Shown here: one piece after another, positions 38,040 through 48,312 of the stretch
Layout: each line of letters begins with the position of its first letter
How positions within the stretch are numbered: the first letter of the stretch is position 1
From: a bacterium UBP13_UBA5359
GTDB taxonomy: Bacteria > UBP13 > UBA5359
Direction: 5' to 3'
NCBI GenBank assembly: GCA_002410925.1
Contig: DHPR01000012.1
Span: 84,643 to 148,642, forward strand
Length of the DNA: 64,000 nucleotides
Position numbers and translations under genes: made by a program
Notes under the pieces: model-generated
What the model was told of the DNA's origin: nothing
The model's input: the letters and a program-made list of their open reading frames with translations, nothing else
Database searches by the model: none

Positions 38040-39278
38040 TCACTTCTCTTCCAATTTTATCTCGGGAACGCCCCACCTGTAGCCCGCAGCAAGTTTGCGC
38101 TGGACATTAGCCTGAATTTTATTATCAACCACTTTATCTCTTACTTGAGTTTTAACCTCTTTCAGGCTCTTCAAGCGAGCTGGAATACGCTTTTCCACCT
38201 TTATTACATGATACCCAAACTTAGTCTTCACAATACCGCTGATATGATTTTCTTTGAGAGCAAAAGCAACCCGATCAAATTCCGGTACCATCTGCCCTCT
38301 TGAAAAGAGGCCCAGGCTGCCACCGATTTCTTGCGTTCCCTTATCGATAGAAACTTTACTCGCCAAAGCAGCAAAGTCTTCGCCTTTTTCCAATCTCTCC
38401 AATACTCTTGCTGCCGCAGCCCTGCTGCTTAACAGAATGTGCCTGGCCTGAATCTTTTCCGGCTCCATGTAGAGATCCTTATGAGCGTTATAATAAGCTT
38501 CGAGCTCCGATTCGGGAACCTCTATCTTGTCAGCCAAACACTTCTCCCACTCCTGGCCTCTATTCCTCAATTTATACATAGGAACACCTGTGCGGCAATC
38601 TCCCTTTAGCAGCCTGGAATAATTGCCAAAGGCCGGAGAACAATCGCCTTCATCTATGCACTGCTTCCATAGCTTTTTAGCTTCCTCTATACGGCCAAGC
38701 CTCTCTAAAGTATGCGCTACCATATGGCGCACATAATGGGGGTGATCTTTAATAGCATAGGCAGCCTCAATTTCCGGCAGCGCGCGCTGATAATCCAACT
38801 GCCGATCAAAACGGTTCCAGCCGAGCTCGAAATGTAGATCATAAATATGAGGGTTATGCTTGATGCCCCTTTGCAGGAATTCATCCCCCTGCCGGATCAT
38901 CTGCTCTTTTATTTTTACACTGGAAGCCGGCACGCTTATATTATATGCGAAATGCCAGGCGCCGACAGACCAGACCTGGATGAATTTGGGATCAAGACGA
39001 GCTACAAGGTCTATTGTGGGCACCAGGCGCTGCCAATCTCCGGAATGAAAGAAGGAATCCATGGTTACCCAGAGATAATCAGCCGTAATCTCCCTGAAAG
39101 CACCTACCAGGCCGCCTAAAACCTGATCGGACGGAGATAGATTCTCCGGCACCATATCATACTTAATTCGGTCGGTTTCAATATCTTTTTTGACAAATAC
39201 CATGATGATGAAAATACCGACCAAAGCCAAGAGATAAAATTTCTGCGCTTTGCTTATGTTCCCTGACAGGCCCCTCAT
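38040..39278 (-). CDS. membrane-anchored TPR-like protein fused to parvulin-type PPIase
   Basis: N-terminal TM; LDPKF...GAWHFAYN helical repeats; C-terminal ARHILL...GEDFAALA...GG.LG.F.RGQMVPEF...FGYHVI. Confidence 0.8.
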   Translation of the reverse strand: MRGLSGNISKAQKFYLLALVGIFIIMVFVKKDIETDRIKYDMVPENLSPSDQVLGGLVGAFREITADYLWVTMDSFFHSGDWQRLVPTIDLVARLDPKFIQVWSVGAWHFAYNISVPASSVKIKEQMIRQGDEFLQRGIKHNPHIYDLHFELGWNRFDRQLDYQRALPEIEAAYAIKDHPHYVRHMVAHTLERLGRIEEAKKLWKQCIDEGDCSPAFGNYSRLLKGDCRTGVPMYKLRNRGQEWEKCLADKIEVPESELEAYYNAHKDLYMEPEKIQARHILLSSRAAAARVLERLEKGEDFAALASKVSIDKGTQEIGGSLGLFSRGQMVPEFDRVAFALKENHISGIVKTKFGYHVIKVEKRIPARLKSLKEVKTQVRDKVVDNKIQANVQRKLAAGYRWGVPEIKLEEK

Positions 39279-39280
39279 GC

Positions 39281-40042
39281 TTACACTTCCTTTTCCTGGA
39301 AGAACATGCCGGCAACTATCAATAGCGCCGCCGAAAGTAGAAGGCCGTAGATTATAGCCTTAAAAATGTAAACCCACGGTACAGCTTCATTATGCAACAC
39401 CTGGGATCTGATGTTAAAGATCTCAAAATTCGGTATCAGATAACCAAAGCCTTTAACCGCAGCTTTGAGCAGCGGCGAGTCGGAGCGTCCGCCTAAATAT
39501 TGCAGTGAATCGGATGAGCTACCAAGAATATAGAAGAAAATAGTCAACACCACGCTAAGGGTGGTGGACGCAAAAGTCGAGAATGTCACGGCCATAGCCA
39601 GGACAACCAAAAGTTCAAAAAAAGTCAAAACTATAGCCAGGACGGTAACAGGCGCCAGGGAATGCTCCTTGAAAAATACCAGACCCATAAAAACCAGGCC
39701 CATAAGCAAAACCATCAGCAGCACTGCCAGCGCCGCACCCAGATATTTACCTACAACTACTTCCAGGCGCCTGACAGGTTTGGACAGAATGGTATAAATA
39801 ATGCGCTTCTCTATCTCAGTCGGTATCAATGACATGCCCAAAAATGTGGCTATAAGCAGACCGAAAACAAGCATACCGGTCAGGCCCACGTCCTTGACCA
39901 TACGTATCTCCTCACCGCCGGAGAAATAGGTAAAAAGGAGAGAGCTACCGATAAAAATAAAGGCGAAGACCAGAAGAACCAGAAGGACCTTTTTTCTGAT
40001 GGCTTCCTTGAAGGTGGTCATGGCCAAAGCTATTGCCTTCAA
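39281..40042 (-). CDS. ABC-2 type transporter permease (PilI-like)
   Basis: Multiple TM helices; EIEKR.IYTILSKPV.R...VVGKYLG. Confidence 0.88.
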   Translation of the reverse strand: MKAIALAMTTFKEAIRKKVLLVLLVFAFIFIGSSLLFTYFSGGEEIRMVKDVGLTGMLVFGLLIATFLGMSLIPTEIEKRIIYTILSKPVRRLEVVVGKYLGAALAVLLMVLLMGLVFMGLVFFKEHSLAPVTVLAIVLTFFELLVVLAMAVTFSTFASTTLSVVLTIFFYILGSSSDSLQYLGGRSDSPLLKAAVKGFGYLIPNFEIFNIRSQVLHNEAVPWVYIFKAIIYGLLLSAALLIVAGMFFQEKEV

Positions 40043-41007
40043 CTTTCCTTACCTCCCTTGACGATGGAAACAAAGAGGTCTTCCAGTGACCGACGACGAT
40101 CGGCCATCGATACCAGAACCGCATTGTCGTTACCACGAATAATATCTATAACCTTATCCGCGTGGATACGGCTGTCTACAGTCACTAGGGCTTCCTGGCT
40201 ATCCAGAACCGATATGTTGACAGCCGCCTCTTTGATGCGGCTTAATAACTCTTCATTGAATCCCCGAACAACTATTTCCAATTCGCCCTCTATGCTGAGA
40301 AGCTCCTCCATTGTGCCCATACGTAACAGGTTTCCCTTATGAATAACAGCTACACGGTCACAGACCATTTCAACCTCATTCAACAGGTGAGAGCAGTAAA
40401 GAATACTCTTTCCTTCCTTTTTTAACCTGAGAACCAGATCTCTGATCTCTATACGACCTAGAGGATCCAACCCGGATGTGGGTTCATCCAATATCAAAAG
40501 TTTGGGGTCGCTGATCAATGCCTGCGCCAGACCCACACGCTGCAGCATTCCCTTAGAGAATTTGCGCAGCTGCAGCTTGCGTGCACCGGAAAGCCCCACT
40601 ATCTCCAGAAGCTCGTCCGATCTACGCTTTATTTTAGCGGAATCCAGACCGGAGAGCTTGCCGTAAAAAGATAAAAGCTCCTCGGGAGTAAGAAAATCGT
40701 AGTAATAAGGGCCCTCCGGAAGATAGCCGATAAGATTCTTGACGGCAACATCTCCTGCAGGCCTATCATATATCCAGGCTTTGCCTTTAGAAGGCCTGTA
40801 CAGGCCTAGAAGAAGCTTAATAGTAGTGGTCTTTCCTGCCCCGTTGGGTCCCACAAACCCAAAGGTCTCTCCATCGGATATACTTATATTCAAATCATTA
40901 AGGATGACCGCCTTGTTACCCCAGAAGTTGAGATAATACTTAGTCAATCCCTCGGTCCTGACTACATCAGCCAAAGGGACAGCACCTCCCCCCAAAGATG
41001 ACGCCAT
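40039..41007 (-). CDS. ABC transporter ATP-binding protein (PilH-like)
   Basis: GPNGAGKTT, FSKGMLQR and LDEP; likely start TTG 40974 with GGAGG RBS. Confidence 0.94.
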   Translation of the reverse strand: MASSLGGGAVPLADVVRTEGLTKYYLNFWGNKAVILNDLNISISDGETFGFVGPNGAGKTTTIKLLLGLYRPSKGKAWIYDRPAGDVAVKNLIGYLPEGPYYYDFLTPEELLSFYGKLSGLDSAKIKRRSDELLEIVGLSGARKLQLRKFSKGMLQRVGLAQALISDPKLLILDEPTSGLDPLGRIEIRDLVLRLKKEGKSILYCSHLLNEVEMVCDRVAVIHKGNLLRMGTMEELLSIEGELEIVVRGFNEELLSRIKEAAVNISVLDSQEALVTVDSRIHADKVIDIIRGNDNAVLVSMADRRRSLEDLFVSIVKGGKES

Positions 41008-41074
41008 CCATATAAGGCCCTAGCCCGAAGCATATACTGCACCCGGGCATCAGAGCCATGTAATGACAAGCAAA

Positions 41075-41103
41075 AGTGTACTATCAGACCTATCCTTTGT
41101 CAA
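41075..41103 (-). promoter_or_regulatory. sigma70/sigmaA promoter TTGACA-N17-TACACT
   Basis: Upstream of the ABC operon. Confidence 0.55.
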
Positions 41104-41164
41104 TAAGAAGCTGCCATGTGCCAGATGGCCTGGCAAGCCGTAAGCAATATGCCTGACAGAAAAG

Positions 41165-42202
41165 CTACTTGGTTAAGGTTACCTTACGCAGGGAGCGCGG
41201 CTTATCAGGGTCATATCCCTTGGAATATGAAAGATAATAAGCAAATAGCTGCCCCGATACTATACTTACTAATGGAGAGAGGCCTTCGTCCGCAATGGCA
41301 GGAAGACGAAAAGCCGTCTTGCCCAGATCCAGAGCCTCCGGCATATCGGAGATGACAATAGTTTCCGCCTTACGCTCATTAAGATCTTTCGTCAGTTGCA
41401 GCATATTGGGATATGTACGCCCTGATAAGGCAAAGAGTATAACAGGAAAACCCTCTTCCACTAATGCAATAGGTCCGTGCATAAGATCAGCGGCTGAGAA
41501 AGGTTCTGCTACCACATAACAGGTCTCCTTAAGCTTCAACGCCATTTCCAATGCTGTGGCATAATTCATTCCTCTGCCTATTACCATGCACTCATTCATA
41601 TATCGATATCGCTCACAACCGCACTCTATATCTTTCTCCGTCTCAAAGAGACGTTCCATTTTTTCACCGACACCCGCCAGGCGGCCTACCGCCTCCTTAT
41701 CTCCCTTAAGCAACGAAGATAAAAGATAAAAGATGGCCAGTTGCGATGTATATGTCTTCGTAGCGGCTACGCTCAGCTCTTTGCCGGCTCTGCAGTAAAC
41801 CGCTCTATCTGCCGCTACTGCCAGAGGCGAGCCCTCTTCATTGGTAATAGCTATCGTCATTGCTCCCTTTTGACGAGCATTCTCCACTACACTGATAACA
41901 TCCGGGGCTGCGCCGGATTGGGATACGCCGATTACCAGGGTGTTATCCATCCTTATATCAGCCTCATAAAGAGTAAAAAGGGATGGTGCAGCCATGGCCA
42001 CCGGCAGGCCGTTGTTTATCTGAAAAAGATACTTGGCGTAGGTAGAAGCGTTATCTGAGGTGCCCCTGGCAGCGATAATTATAAAACGTATATCCCTGGC
42101 CTTTATCTCTTCGCAGATAGAAGCTATGCCGGCCTCCTCCTGTTTGATAATCTGCTGCAGCACCTTGGGCTGCTCGTGAATCTCCTGTACCATCAAATGC
42201 AT
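41165..42202 (-). CDS. SIS-domain sugar-phosphate isomerase/deaminase (glucosamine-6-phosphate deaminase, GlmD-like)
   Basis: EIHEQP, ARGTS, SQSG, VAATKT, ALKLKE, HGP and PD.PR.L.KVT; no glutaminase domain. Confidence 0.88.
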   Translation of the reverse strand: MHLMVQEIHEQPKVLQQIIKQEEAGIASICEEIKARDIRFIIIAARGTSDNASTYAKYLFQINNGLPVAMAAPSLFTLYEADIRMDNTLVIGVSQSGAAPDVISVVENARQKGAMTIAITNEEGSPLAVAADRAVYCRAGKELSVAATKTYTSQLAIFYLLSSLLKGDKEAVGRLAGVGEKMERLFETEKDIECGCERYRYMNECMVIGRGMNYATALEMALKLKETCYVVAEPFSAADLMHGPIALVEEGFPVILFALSGRTYPNMLQLTKDLNERKAETIVISDMPEALDLGKTAFRLPAIADEGLSPLVSIVSGQLFAYYLSYSKGYDPDKPRSLRKVTLTK

Positions 42203-42400
42203 TTGATTTGCCTTCCTTTGCTTGTTTTTGCTACCAAGTTACATCATAGCAGAAAACATGCCCTGTATTCAAGCGGTACTCCACACTTTTCGTAGCCCGT
42301 TACCAGCCTCTTCTCTCTTGCTTCAAGCCGCAATTTTACCTTGACTTGCAAACGCACCCCGGGCTGCTTTCAGCATTGCAACAGAAAAAATAGATTCTGT

Positions 42401-42428
42401 GCAGGAGTAGCTCTGCATACCGGCGAAT
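42401..42428 (+). promoter_or_regulatory. sigmaH-like promoter GCAGGA-N18-GAAT
   Basis: 22 nt upstream of the prepilin ATG, with a GGAGG RBS between. Confidence 0.6.
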
Positions 42429-42450
42429 AATTAAGCGGGAGGAGTAATAT

Positions 42451-42981
42451 ATGAAACCGCTTCATGAATATCGTCAGGGCTTCACCCTGATAGAACTTCT
42501 TGTTGTTTTGGCCGTCGTCGCCATGCTGATAGCTATAGTCATGCCGGTATTCAGCAAGGTTAAGGCTCAGTCTCGTCAGGCTCAATGTATCTCCAACCTT
42601 CATGCCATAGGACAGGCTCTGGCTGTATACAGAATTGATTTCAAGGGATATCCTCCAAAAAATAATACGAACTACAACAGCATAAACGGCTTTTTATCCC
42701 TGGCTGATCCTGCTGTCTACAGACCTAACCCGCCTTACCTCAGTGATAAAAAGGCCTTTATCTGCCCTTCCGATGACAATGGCAGCACAGTAAGGGATGC
42801 GGTAGAGGAGAAGTACTCCTCGTATCAGTATGATCCATTATACATTACCGATCCACCCAACTCTCTGACTAACAACAAGGATGTCAGCGGCGACACTCCG
42901 GCAGTTCGATGCCCTAAACTCAAACATGGCGTAGAGCTTGAACTGAGAATAAATGGAGAAGTCATTCTTAATAGAGATTAA
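42451..42981 (+). CDS. prepilin-type N-terminal cleavage/methylation protein
   Basis: [34 protein letters not shown] and FICPSD; degenerate C-terminal H-X8-NG. Confidence 0.88.
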   Translation: MKPLHEYRQGFTLIELLVVLAVVAMLIAIVMPVFSKVKAQSRQAQCISNLHAIGQALAVYRIDFKGYPPKNNTNYNSINGFLSLADPAVYRPNPPYLSDKKAFICPSDDNGSTVRDAVEEKYSSYQYDPLYITDPPNSLTNNKDVSGDTPAVRCPKLKHGVELELRINGEVILNRD

Positions 42982-43047
42982 ATAGGAGCAAGACCTACAT
43001 TCTCGGCACAACCCTAAAGCTCTCGCATATGGATTACGGAAATAAGG

Positions 43048-43977
43048 TTAGGCTTGAGCTGCCGCTGCATACTCCCGCTCAAATTTATCACCATCAAACC
43101 CCGGGTCATTCTCCGGTATATTCCTGAGCATGACCTCACTGCCGCCGTTTTCCCGAGACAGACGCCCTGCCAGCATGATTTTAACCGCATGCGTCAGCCT
43201 TGACACCGGCGCCAGCCTATTTGTTCCCGTTTCCATATAATCACAAATCCTATCCAACAACGTCCCATACAGCTTTTTGTTATCTATCCTGAAATGATAA
43301 ATCGTTTTAGTCGTCATGACGACCACTTCAAAGGGCTGCCAAAGGCCATGGCAGGTATTGTAAGTGGCCGTAATACCGTTATTGAAAGTCACAAAAAAAG
43401 TCTCACAGATATTACTACCGAGACAGCCGCGGCCGATGAATCTGGTTGAGAGGGCATCCGCGCCGGCTAAAGCATCTATGGCTTCCACAATATGAATAGC
43501 GTAATTGAACTCATCCACCCCGGCCGTTCCGTAAATATTCAGAACCTTGCCTCTCTCCTCTTCCAGAATGCTCATAAACTCCGTTACTTCGTTGGCATAA
43601 CGAACCGAGGAACTGCCCAGAATTACTGCTCCATCGACTGCAAGCTCCTCCAGCTTAAGGCAGTCGCTCAGAGATCCCACTATCGGCTTATCTATAAAAA
43701 CCGGCTTGCCGGCGGTCAAAAAGAGCCTTGCCTGGCTTAAATGCCTATTCCAGTTAGACCCCTGCACAAACCCGATATCGACACAATCCGCCAATTCCTC
43801 AATGCTACTGCATCTCTTTTCCAGCCCGTATTTACCGATAAAGGCCTCTACCTCGACATCACTACGGAAGCCGTCGTTGTAGACGGCCGTATAACGGGCT
43901 CTCTTGCCTTGCTTCAGATACTCGGCAAAAGTAATCGGATGAGAAGTATCGATGTTTATTATTCCTATTCTAATCAT
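43048..43977 (-). CDS. Gfo/Idh/MocA-like oxidoreductase
   Basis: IGII..DTSH, GKPVFIDKP, SSSVRY and YAIH. Confidence 0.8.
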   Translation of the reverse strand: MIRIGIINIDTSHPITFAEYLKQGKRARYTAVYNDGFRSDVEVEAFIGKYGLEKRCSSIEELADCVDIGFVQGSNWNRHLSQARLFLTAGKPVFIDKPIVGSLSDCLKLEELAVDGAVILGSSSVRYANEVTEFMSILEEERGKVLNIYGTAGVDEFNYAIHIVEAIDALAGADALSTRFIGRGCLGSNICETFFVTFNNGITATYNTCHGLWQPFEVVVMTTKTIYHFRIDNKKLYGTLLDRICDYMETGTNRLAPVSRLTHAVKIMLAGRLSRENGGSEVMLRNIPENDPGFDGDKFEREYAAAAQA

Positions 43978-44744
43978 TACCTGTCACTCCTGAAGATATT
44001 ATTCGCATTATTGAAATATATATGCTCCATCATATGTCTTGAGAAGCTTTGAGAGCATAGCTTCCTCAGGCTGGCTTCCATATAGAAAAAGGGATAGTTG
44101 CTGCCATACAGGATTTTCTGCACACCATATTTATCTATTATTTCTTCCAGCAATCCTTCGCCTTCCAGAAAAGAGGTAGTGACAAAGATATTCTTCCTGC
44201 CTGCGGCAAGCAACTCTATCGCTTCATAAGGTAATGGAGCGGAAAAAACGAAATTAACAGCCGGCCAGGCATCTGCTGTTTGCAGAAGATCCTCTACCTT
44301 AACTTCCTCAAGATAATCAAAATAATGCACAGCGATCCTCTCTTCAAAGAGATGCAACGGTATGACGATGGGCTGCTGTGTGCTTTGAGCTGTCTCATAT
44401 ATTATTTCCAATAGCGAATCGGATAGATTGTATCGCTGAAAGCGGTGAAATAATTTGATACCGGCAGCTTGATCGATATATCTTTCCATTGCTTTTTCAA
44501 GCCCGGGCTGCTGAGGGTTCAAAGCCAGCATAGGCATTATCTGCAAAGAGTACCCCTCTATTTCCTTGAAGAAACGGTAATTCACTTCCAGGTTATCCTC
44601 TGCTAGGATGCTTTCCAAGGGGGTAGCTAAACCATATTCTATACCGTGACGACGTATGGCCTTCTGTAACGTGGCTAAGCTGCTTTGAACAGCGCTGTTG
44701 TGCAGCCATTGCCCTATGTGCAAATCTACGTCAATTATCTTCAT
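43977..44744 (-). CDS. amidohydrolase family (TIM-barrel) protein, possibly degenerate metal site
   Basis: Start reassigned to ATG 44744 (MKIIDVDLH); GIKL and KILYGSNYP. Confidence 0.75.
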   Translation of the reverse strand: MKIIDVDLHIGQWLHNSAVQSSLATLQKAIRRHGIEYGLATPLESILAEDNLEVNYRFFKEIEGYSLQIMPMLALNPQQPGLEKAMERYIDQAAGIKLFHRFQRYNLSDSLLEIIYETAQSTQQPIVIPLHLFEERIAVHYFDYLEEVKVEDLLQTADAWPAVNFVFSAPLPYEAIELLAAGRKNIFVTTSFLEGEGLLEEIIDKYGVQKILYGSNYPFFYMEASLRKLCSQSFSRHMMEHIYFNNANNIFRSDR

Positions 44745-45501
44745 GCCTGATAAACTCCTGAAAATTACTTCCCATAATCCGACGTTTAACGGCAGCGGGT
44801 ATACTTGCAGCTGTAATCTTTGCCTGTTGTACGGCATAGCTTCTTCCCGGAGCATCACTGCCGAAAAGCACTCTTTGGGAGCCGAGTATCGCAACTGCAT
44901 TCTCTATTACGCCGCATTCAGGTACCCCTCCGGAGGTATCGACATAGATATTAGGCATAGGTGCAATGGCTTTCAAGCCTTCCCGCCCGTTTCCACCTGC
45001 GTGAGCCATAATAATCCTGGCCTGAGGATACTCTATTCCTAAACGAGCTACATCAAAGGGCTCTGATTCGTCGCGGTAGTTGCCTCTGCTCTTCAGGAAG
45101 GAGTGCTGCTGTATAAAAAGGTTCCTTTGCATAGCTGCTTCAATAACGGGAAAAAGTATAGGGGATGATGCTTTAACGGCTATCCAAAGCTTTATACCGA
45201 TCATACCTCTGTCATAACATCGCTGCATCTCTTCCTTCCAATCGGGATTCCTGGGATTCAGATAACAAAGTCCGTATACCTCTTCAGGAAACTCCTGCAT
45301 CAGCTTCAAAACATCATCGTTAGCCTCTCTTACCTCTTGTGAGGATGGATAAGGCAAATACGCTGTTCGACCCAATGATGAGATAACTATTCTATCTATG
45401 CCTGCTTTCCGAGCTCTGGTGACGATCTCCTGAAAAAGCCTGCTTCCCAGAAGGGCGTCATGAGATCTATTATAGGTATGAACATGGACATCTATTATCA
45501 T
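44731..45501 (-). CDS. amidohydrolase_2 family protein
   Basis: IIDVHVH, GIKL, AHAGG, YVDTSG and LFGSDAP. Confidence 0.88.
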   Translation of the reverse strand: MIIDVHVHTYNRSHDALLGSRLFQEIVTRARKAGIDRIVISSLGRTAYLPYPSSQEVREANDDVLKLMQEFPEEVYGLCYLNPRNPDWKEEMQRCYDRGMIGIKLWIAVKASSPILFPVIEAAMQRNLFIQQHSFLKSRGNYRDESEPFDVARLGIEYPQARIIMAHAGGNGREGLKAIAPMPNIYVDTSGGVPECGVIENAVAILGSQRVLFGSDAPGRSYAVQQAKITAASIPAAVKRRIMGSNFQEFIRHEDN

Positions 45502-46811
45502 GCTTTATATCTCGCAATAATAGATTCCATGGGAGTACCAGTGGCTGTTATCCTGGCAGACAGGTCTCCCTTTTCCAGAGCCTGGGCTATATTAAAGAAG
45601 ACTTTAGCGGATGCGGCCAGAGTCTGCTTAAGGTCTCTTTCATTATGGGAGTATGAGATATATATTGGACCGCCTCGCCTGTAAAGGATACCGTTCTCAG
45701 CATTATCCTGCAGAAAATACGTCATCAGATCAGCGTTCAGCCGAGCCTCTTCATAAGTAAATTTAAAAACTGTCAGCGGCGGATATCCAATGAAAGAGCA
45801 TTTTATGTTATAATTCTCAGCCTGCTTGTTCAACCCTTCCATCAATCTGGCTCCATAGCTCCACATATGAGCTACTACAGGCTTGGTCATGTACTCTTCG
45901 CATACGGCTGTCAGAGCGGCTAGAGAGAGGACCTCTCCTCCGTATGTCGTGCTTATGGAGAGGTCTTCCATGCCTTGTATGATCTCTCTCTTTCCTGTCA
46001 GAACGGATATGGGCATGCCGTTTGCTATTCCTTTAGCATAACAGGCCAAATCTGGTATGACATTGAAATATTCCTGCGCCCCGCCGTTGGCCATACGAAA
46101 GCCCGTAACTATCTCATCGAATACCAGAATGGCTCCATAGGCATCTGCCATCTCTCTGACATATTCAAGGTATCCCTCTGCAGCTTTCTCCCAATAATTG
46201 TTAGGGGTCATGACTATAGCGGCCACGGCTTCTTTGTTCTCTTCCAGCTTGCTTTTTAAGGATTGGGGCGAAGTAAAATCGTTGTAACTAAAAGGTATTA
46301 TCAAGTCATGTTGATCTTGAGGCACGCCTTTGCTTAAAGGCTGAGGCAATTGGGCACACCACATATCATGCCAGCCGTGATACCCCCAGGATAGTATTTT
46401 ATCTCTGCCGGTGTATGCTCTGGCCACGCGCACTGCAGCCGATACGGCTTCAGCACCGGTCTTAAAAAAGCGCACCATATCAGCTCCGGGAATCAGCTCT
46501 ATCAATGCTTCTGCGGCCTCTACTTCCAGCGGATGAGGCAGGTTGAAAATGATGCCGCCTTTCAGCTGCCTGGCGATAGCCTGATCTACGGCAGGGTAGC
46601 AATAGCCTAAATTTATCGGCCCCAGTGCCATTATATAATCGATATGCTCCCGCCCATCCGCATCAAAGATATGGCTTCCTTTGCCAGAAACGGTAAACAT
46701 GGGAAAGGCACCGGGAGCAAAGGCTGATACCCTCTTGCTGTCTGTCTGCGAAGCGCCGGGAATAATTTCTATCGCTTTTTGGTAAAGCTCTTTGGATTTT
46801 GCCAGTTGCAT
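45498..46811 (-). CDS. class III PLP aminotransferase, glutamate-1-semialdehyde aminomutase-like
   Basis: DADGREHIDY, VRF.KTG.EA, YHGWHD, FDEIVTGFR and AKGIANG. Confidence 0.88.
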   Translation of the reverse strand: MQLAKSKELYQKAIEIIPGASQTDSKRVSAFAPGAFPMFTVSGKGSHIFDADGREHIDYIMALGPINLGYCYPAVDQAIARQLKGGIIFNLPHPLEVEAAEALIELIPGADMVRFFKTGAEAVSAAVRVARAYTGRDKILSWGYHGWHDMWCAQLPQPLSKGVPQDQHDLIIPFSYNDFTSPQSLKSKLEENKEAVAAIVMTPNNYWEKAAEGYLEYVREMADAYGAILVFDEIVTGFRMANGGAQEYFNVIPDLACYAKGIANGMPISVLTGKREIIQGMEDLSISTTYGGEVLSLAALTAVCEEYMTKPVVAHMWSYGARLMEGLNKQAENYNIKCSFIGYPPLTVFKFTYEEARLNADLMTYFLQDNAENGILYRRGGPIYISYSHNERDLKQTLAASAKVFFNIAQALEKGDLSARITATGTPMESIIARYKA

Positions 46812-46910
46812 GATAGCATACCTCTTAAATTCATTCTTTTTAAAATATTATTTCGACATCGCAAGGGTATTTGCTTACAGCCTTGCCATGCATGATCATC
46901 ATCAAACTAT

Positions 46911-48224
46911 CTAATCTCCAACATACTTCTTAAATAAAACCGTATTCAGCTCCCTTTCGATATTTTTCAGAGCGGAGCTTACATCATTTTTTTCAAGCAC
47001 TGTAGCTTCAATCTGATTTTTCCAAATACTTCCAAGTTCCTCCACATTATGCAAAGAGGGAACGGCACGGGCAAATTCGAGAGATTCAACTACTACTTCC
47101 TCCCGACAAGCCGTATCCGGTTTTATGAAGTCCGAAGAGTTCAGCACGGAGATTTTTGCAGGAACCATACTCCTCTTTGCCAGTTCTCGGGCGACCTCCT
47201 TGGAACACAGGCGTTTAAGAAGCAGCCAAGCTTCCTTTGGATGCCGGGTTTTAGATGATATTGTCCAGCATTCTCCCGTATACCTGACAACTCTTTTGCC
47301 AAGCCGTGATTTGGGTACAGGAGCAATATCCCAGTCAAGCTTTTTTACCTTGCTGAACTCCGTTAAGGCAACGTAAGGAATGCCTACAAACATACCTAAA
47401 TTACCCCCCATAAATAGATCAGCAACGGAATTCTGCTTGGCATCCAACAGCTTTTTAGGAGTAACCCTGTATTTGTCGGTAAGGTCCGCCAAAAACTGTA
47501 TAGCTTCCCTGGCCTGTCTATTGTCTACCACACACTTATTCAATTTATTATTGAAGACTTCGCCGCCGTTAGACCATATCCAGGCAATATCCTGCGCCCA
47601 CCAGCCAGGCACAATCGAAATACCGAATTGATCGATTCTACCATCACCATTTGTATCCCGAGTCAGCTTAATGGAGGCAGCAAGCAGATCATCCCAATTC
47701 CATCTTTCATCGGGATAACTTAAAGAGAGTTCATCAAACAGGCCCTTATTATAGATCAAGACCTCAGGAGCGCCCGTAACAGGCATGCCGTATATCTGTT
47801 CTCCGGATATGCCACCTTCGATAAGTCCGAGTTCACAAATGTCGTCAAGATCGTATTTCTCCTTACTTATAAACGCTTTCAAATTTAAAAGCACGCCTCT
47901 GTCTCTGTAATCAGCCAAGCTTTTATTCTGTATATACATTACATCAGGCGCCGTTCCGGATGCCATTCGGGTCTGAAGTTTGGCATAGTAATTTGTTACT
48001 CCTCTTTCACTCTTAATCCGGATATACGGATAATCCCTTTCGAATTTCCGAAAAACACTCAGATAGTAATCACTTATATGAAGCGGAGCGTCGTAATAAA
48101 CTTCTAGTATGATCTTCTTCCCAGAATCACGACCTGTGCAACCAACAAGCGTGCAAGCCGGCAGATATGCCATTAAGACCAGGAGGAATAATCCGCCCAA
48201 GGGTATTCTTCTTCGTTGCGACAT
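46911..48224 (-). CDS. ABC transporter sugar-binding lipoprotein
   Basis: Lipobox LVGC, SGTAPDV and YNK.LF; start reassigned to ATG 48224 (AAGGAG RBS). Confidence 0.88.
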   Translation of the reverse strand: MSQRRRIPLGGLFLLVLMAYLPACTLVGCTGRDSGKKIILEVYYDAPLHISDYYLSVFRKFERDYPYIRIKSERGVTNYYAKLQTRMASGTAPDVMYIQNKSLADYRDRGVLLNLKAFISKEKYDLDDICELGLIEGGISGEQIYGMPVTGAPEVLIYNKGLFDELSLSYPDERWNWDDLLAASIKLTRDTNGDGRIDQFGISIVPGWWAQDIAWIWSNGGEVFNNKLNKCVVDNRQAREAIQFLADLTDKYRVTPKKLLDAKQNSVADLFMGGNLGMFVGIPYVALTEFSKVKKLDWDIAPVPKSRLGKRVVRYTGECWTISSKTRHPKEAWLLLKRLCSKEVARELAKRSMVPAKISVLNSSDFIKPDTACREEVVVESLEFARAVPSLHNVEELGSIWKNQIEATVLEKNDVSSALKNIERELNTVLFKKYVGD

Positions 48225-48312
48225 TACCTTCTCCTTAAACAGAGCTACTGCTTCCTCTTTCATAAATTCAACTTAACGGTAAGAGAGACCCTAACTAAAG
48301 CGACGGTTTTAT

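Noticed and set aside
45498-46811. hemL
   Set aside because: No tetrapyrrole genes nearby, and the PLP-lysine context (AKGIANG) differs from typical HemL (GK.IGGG)
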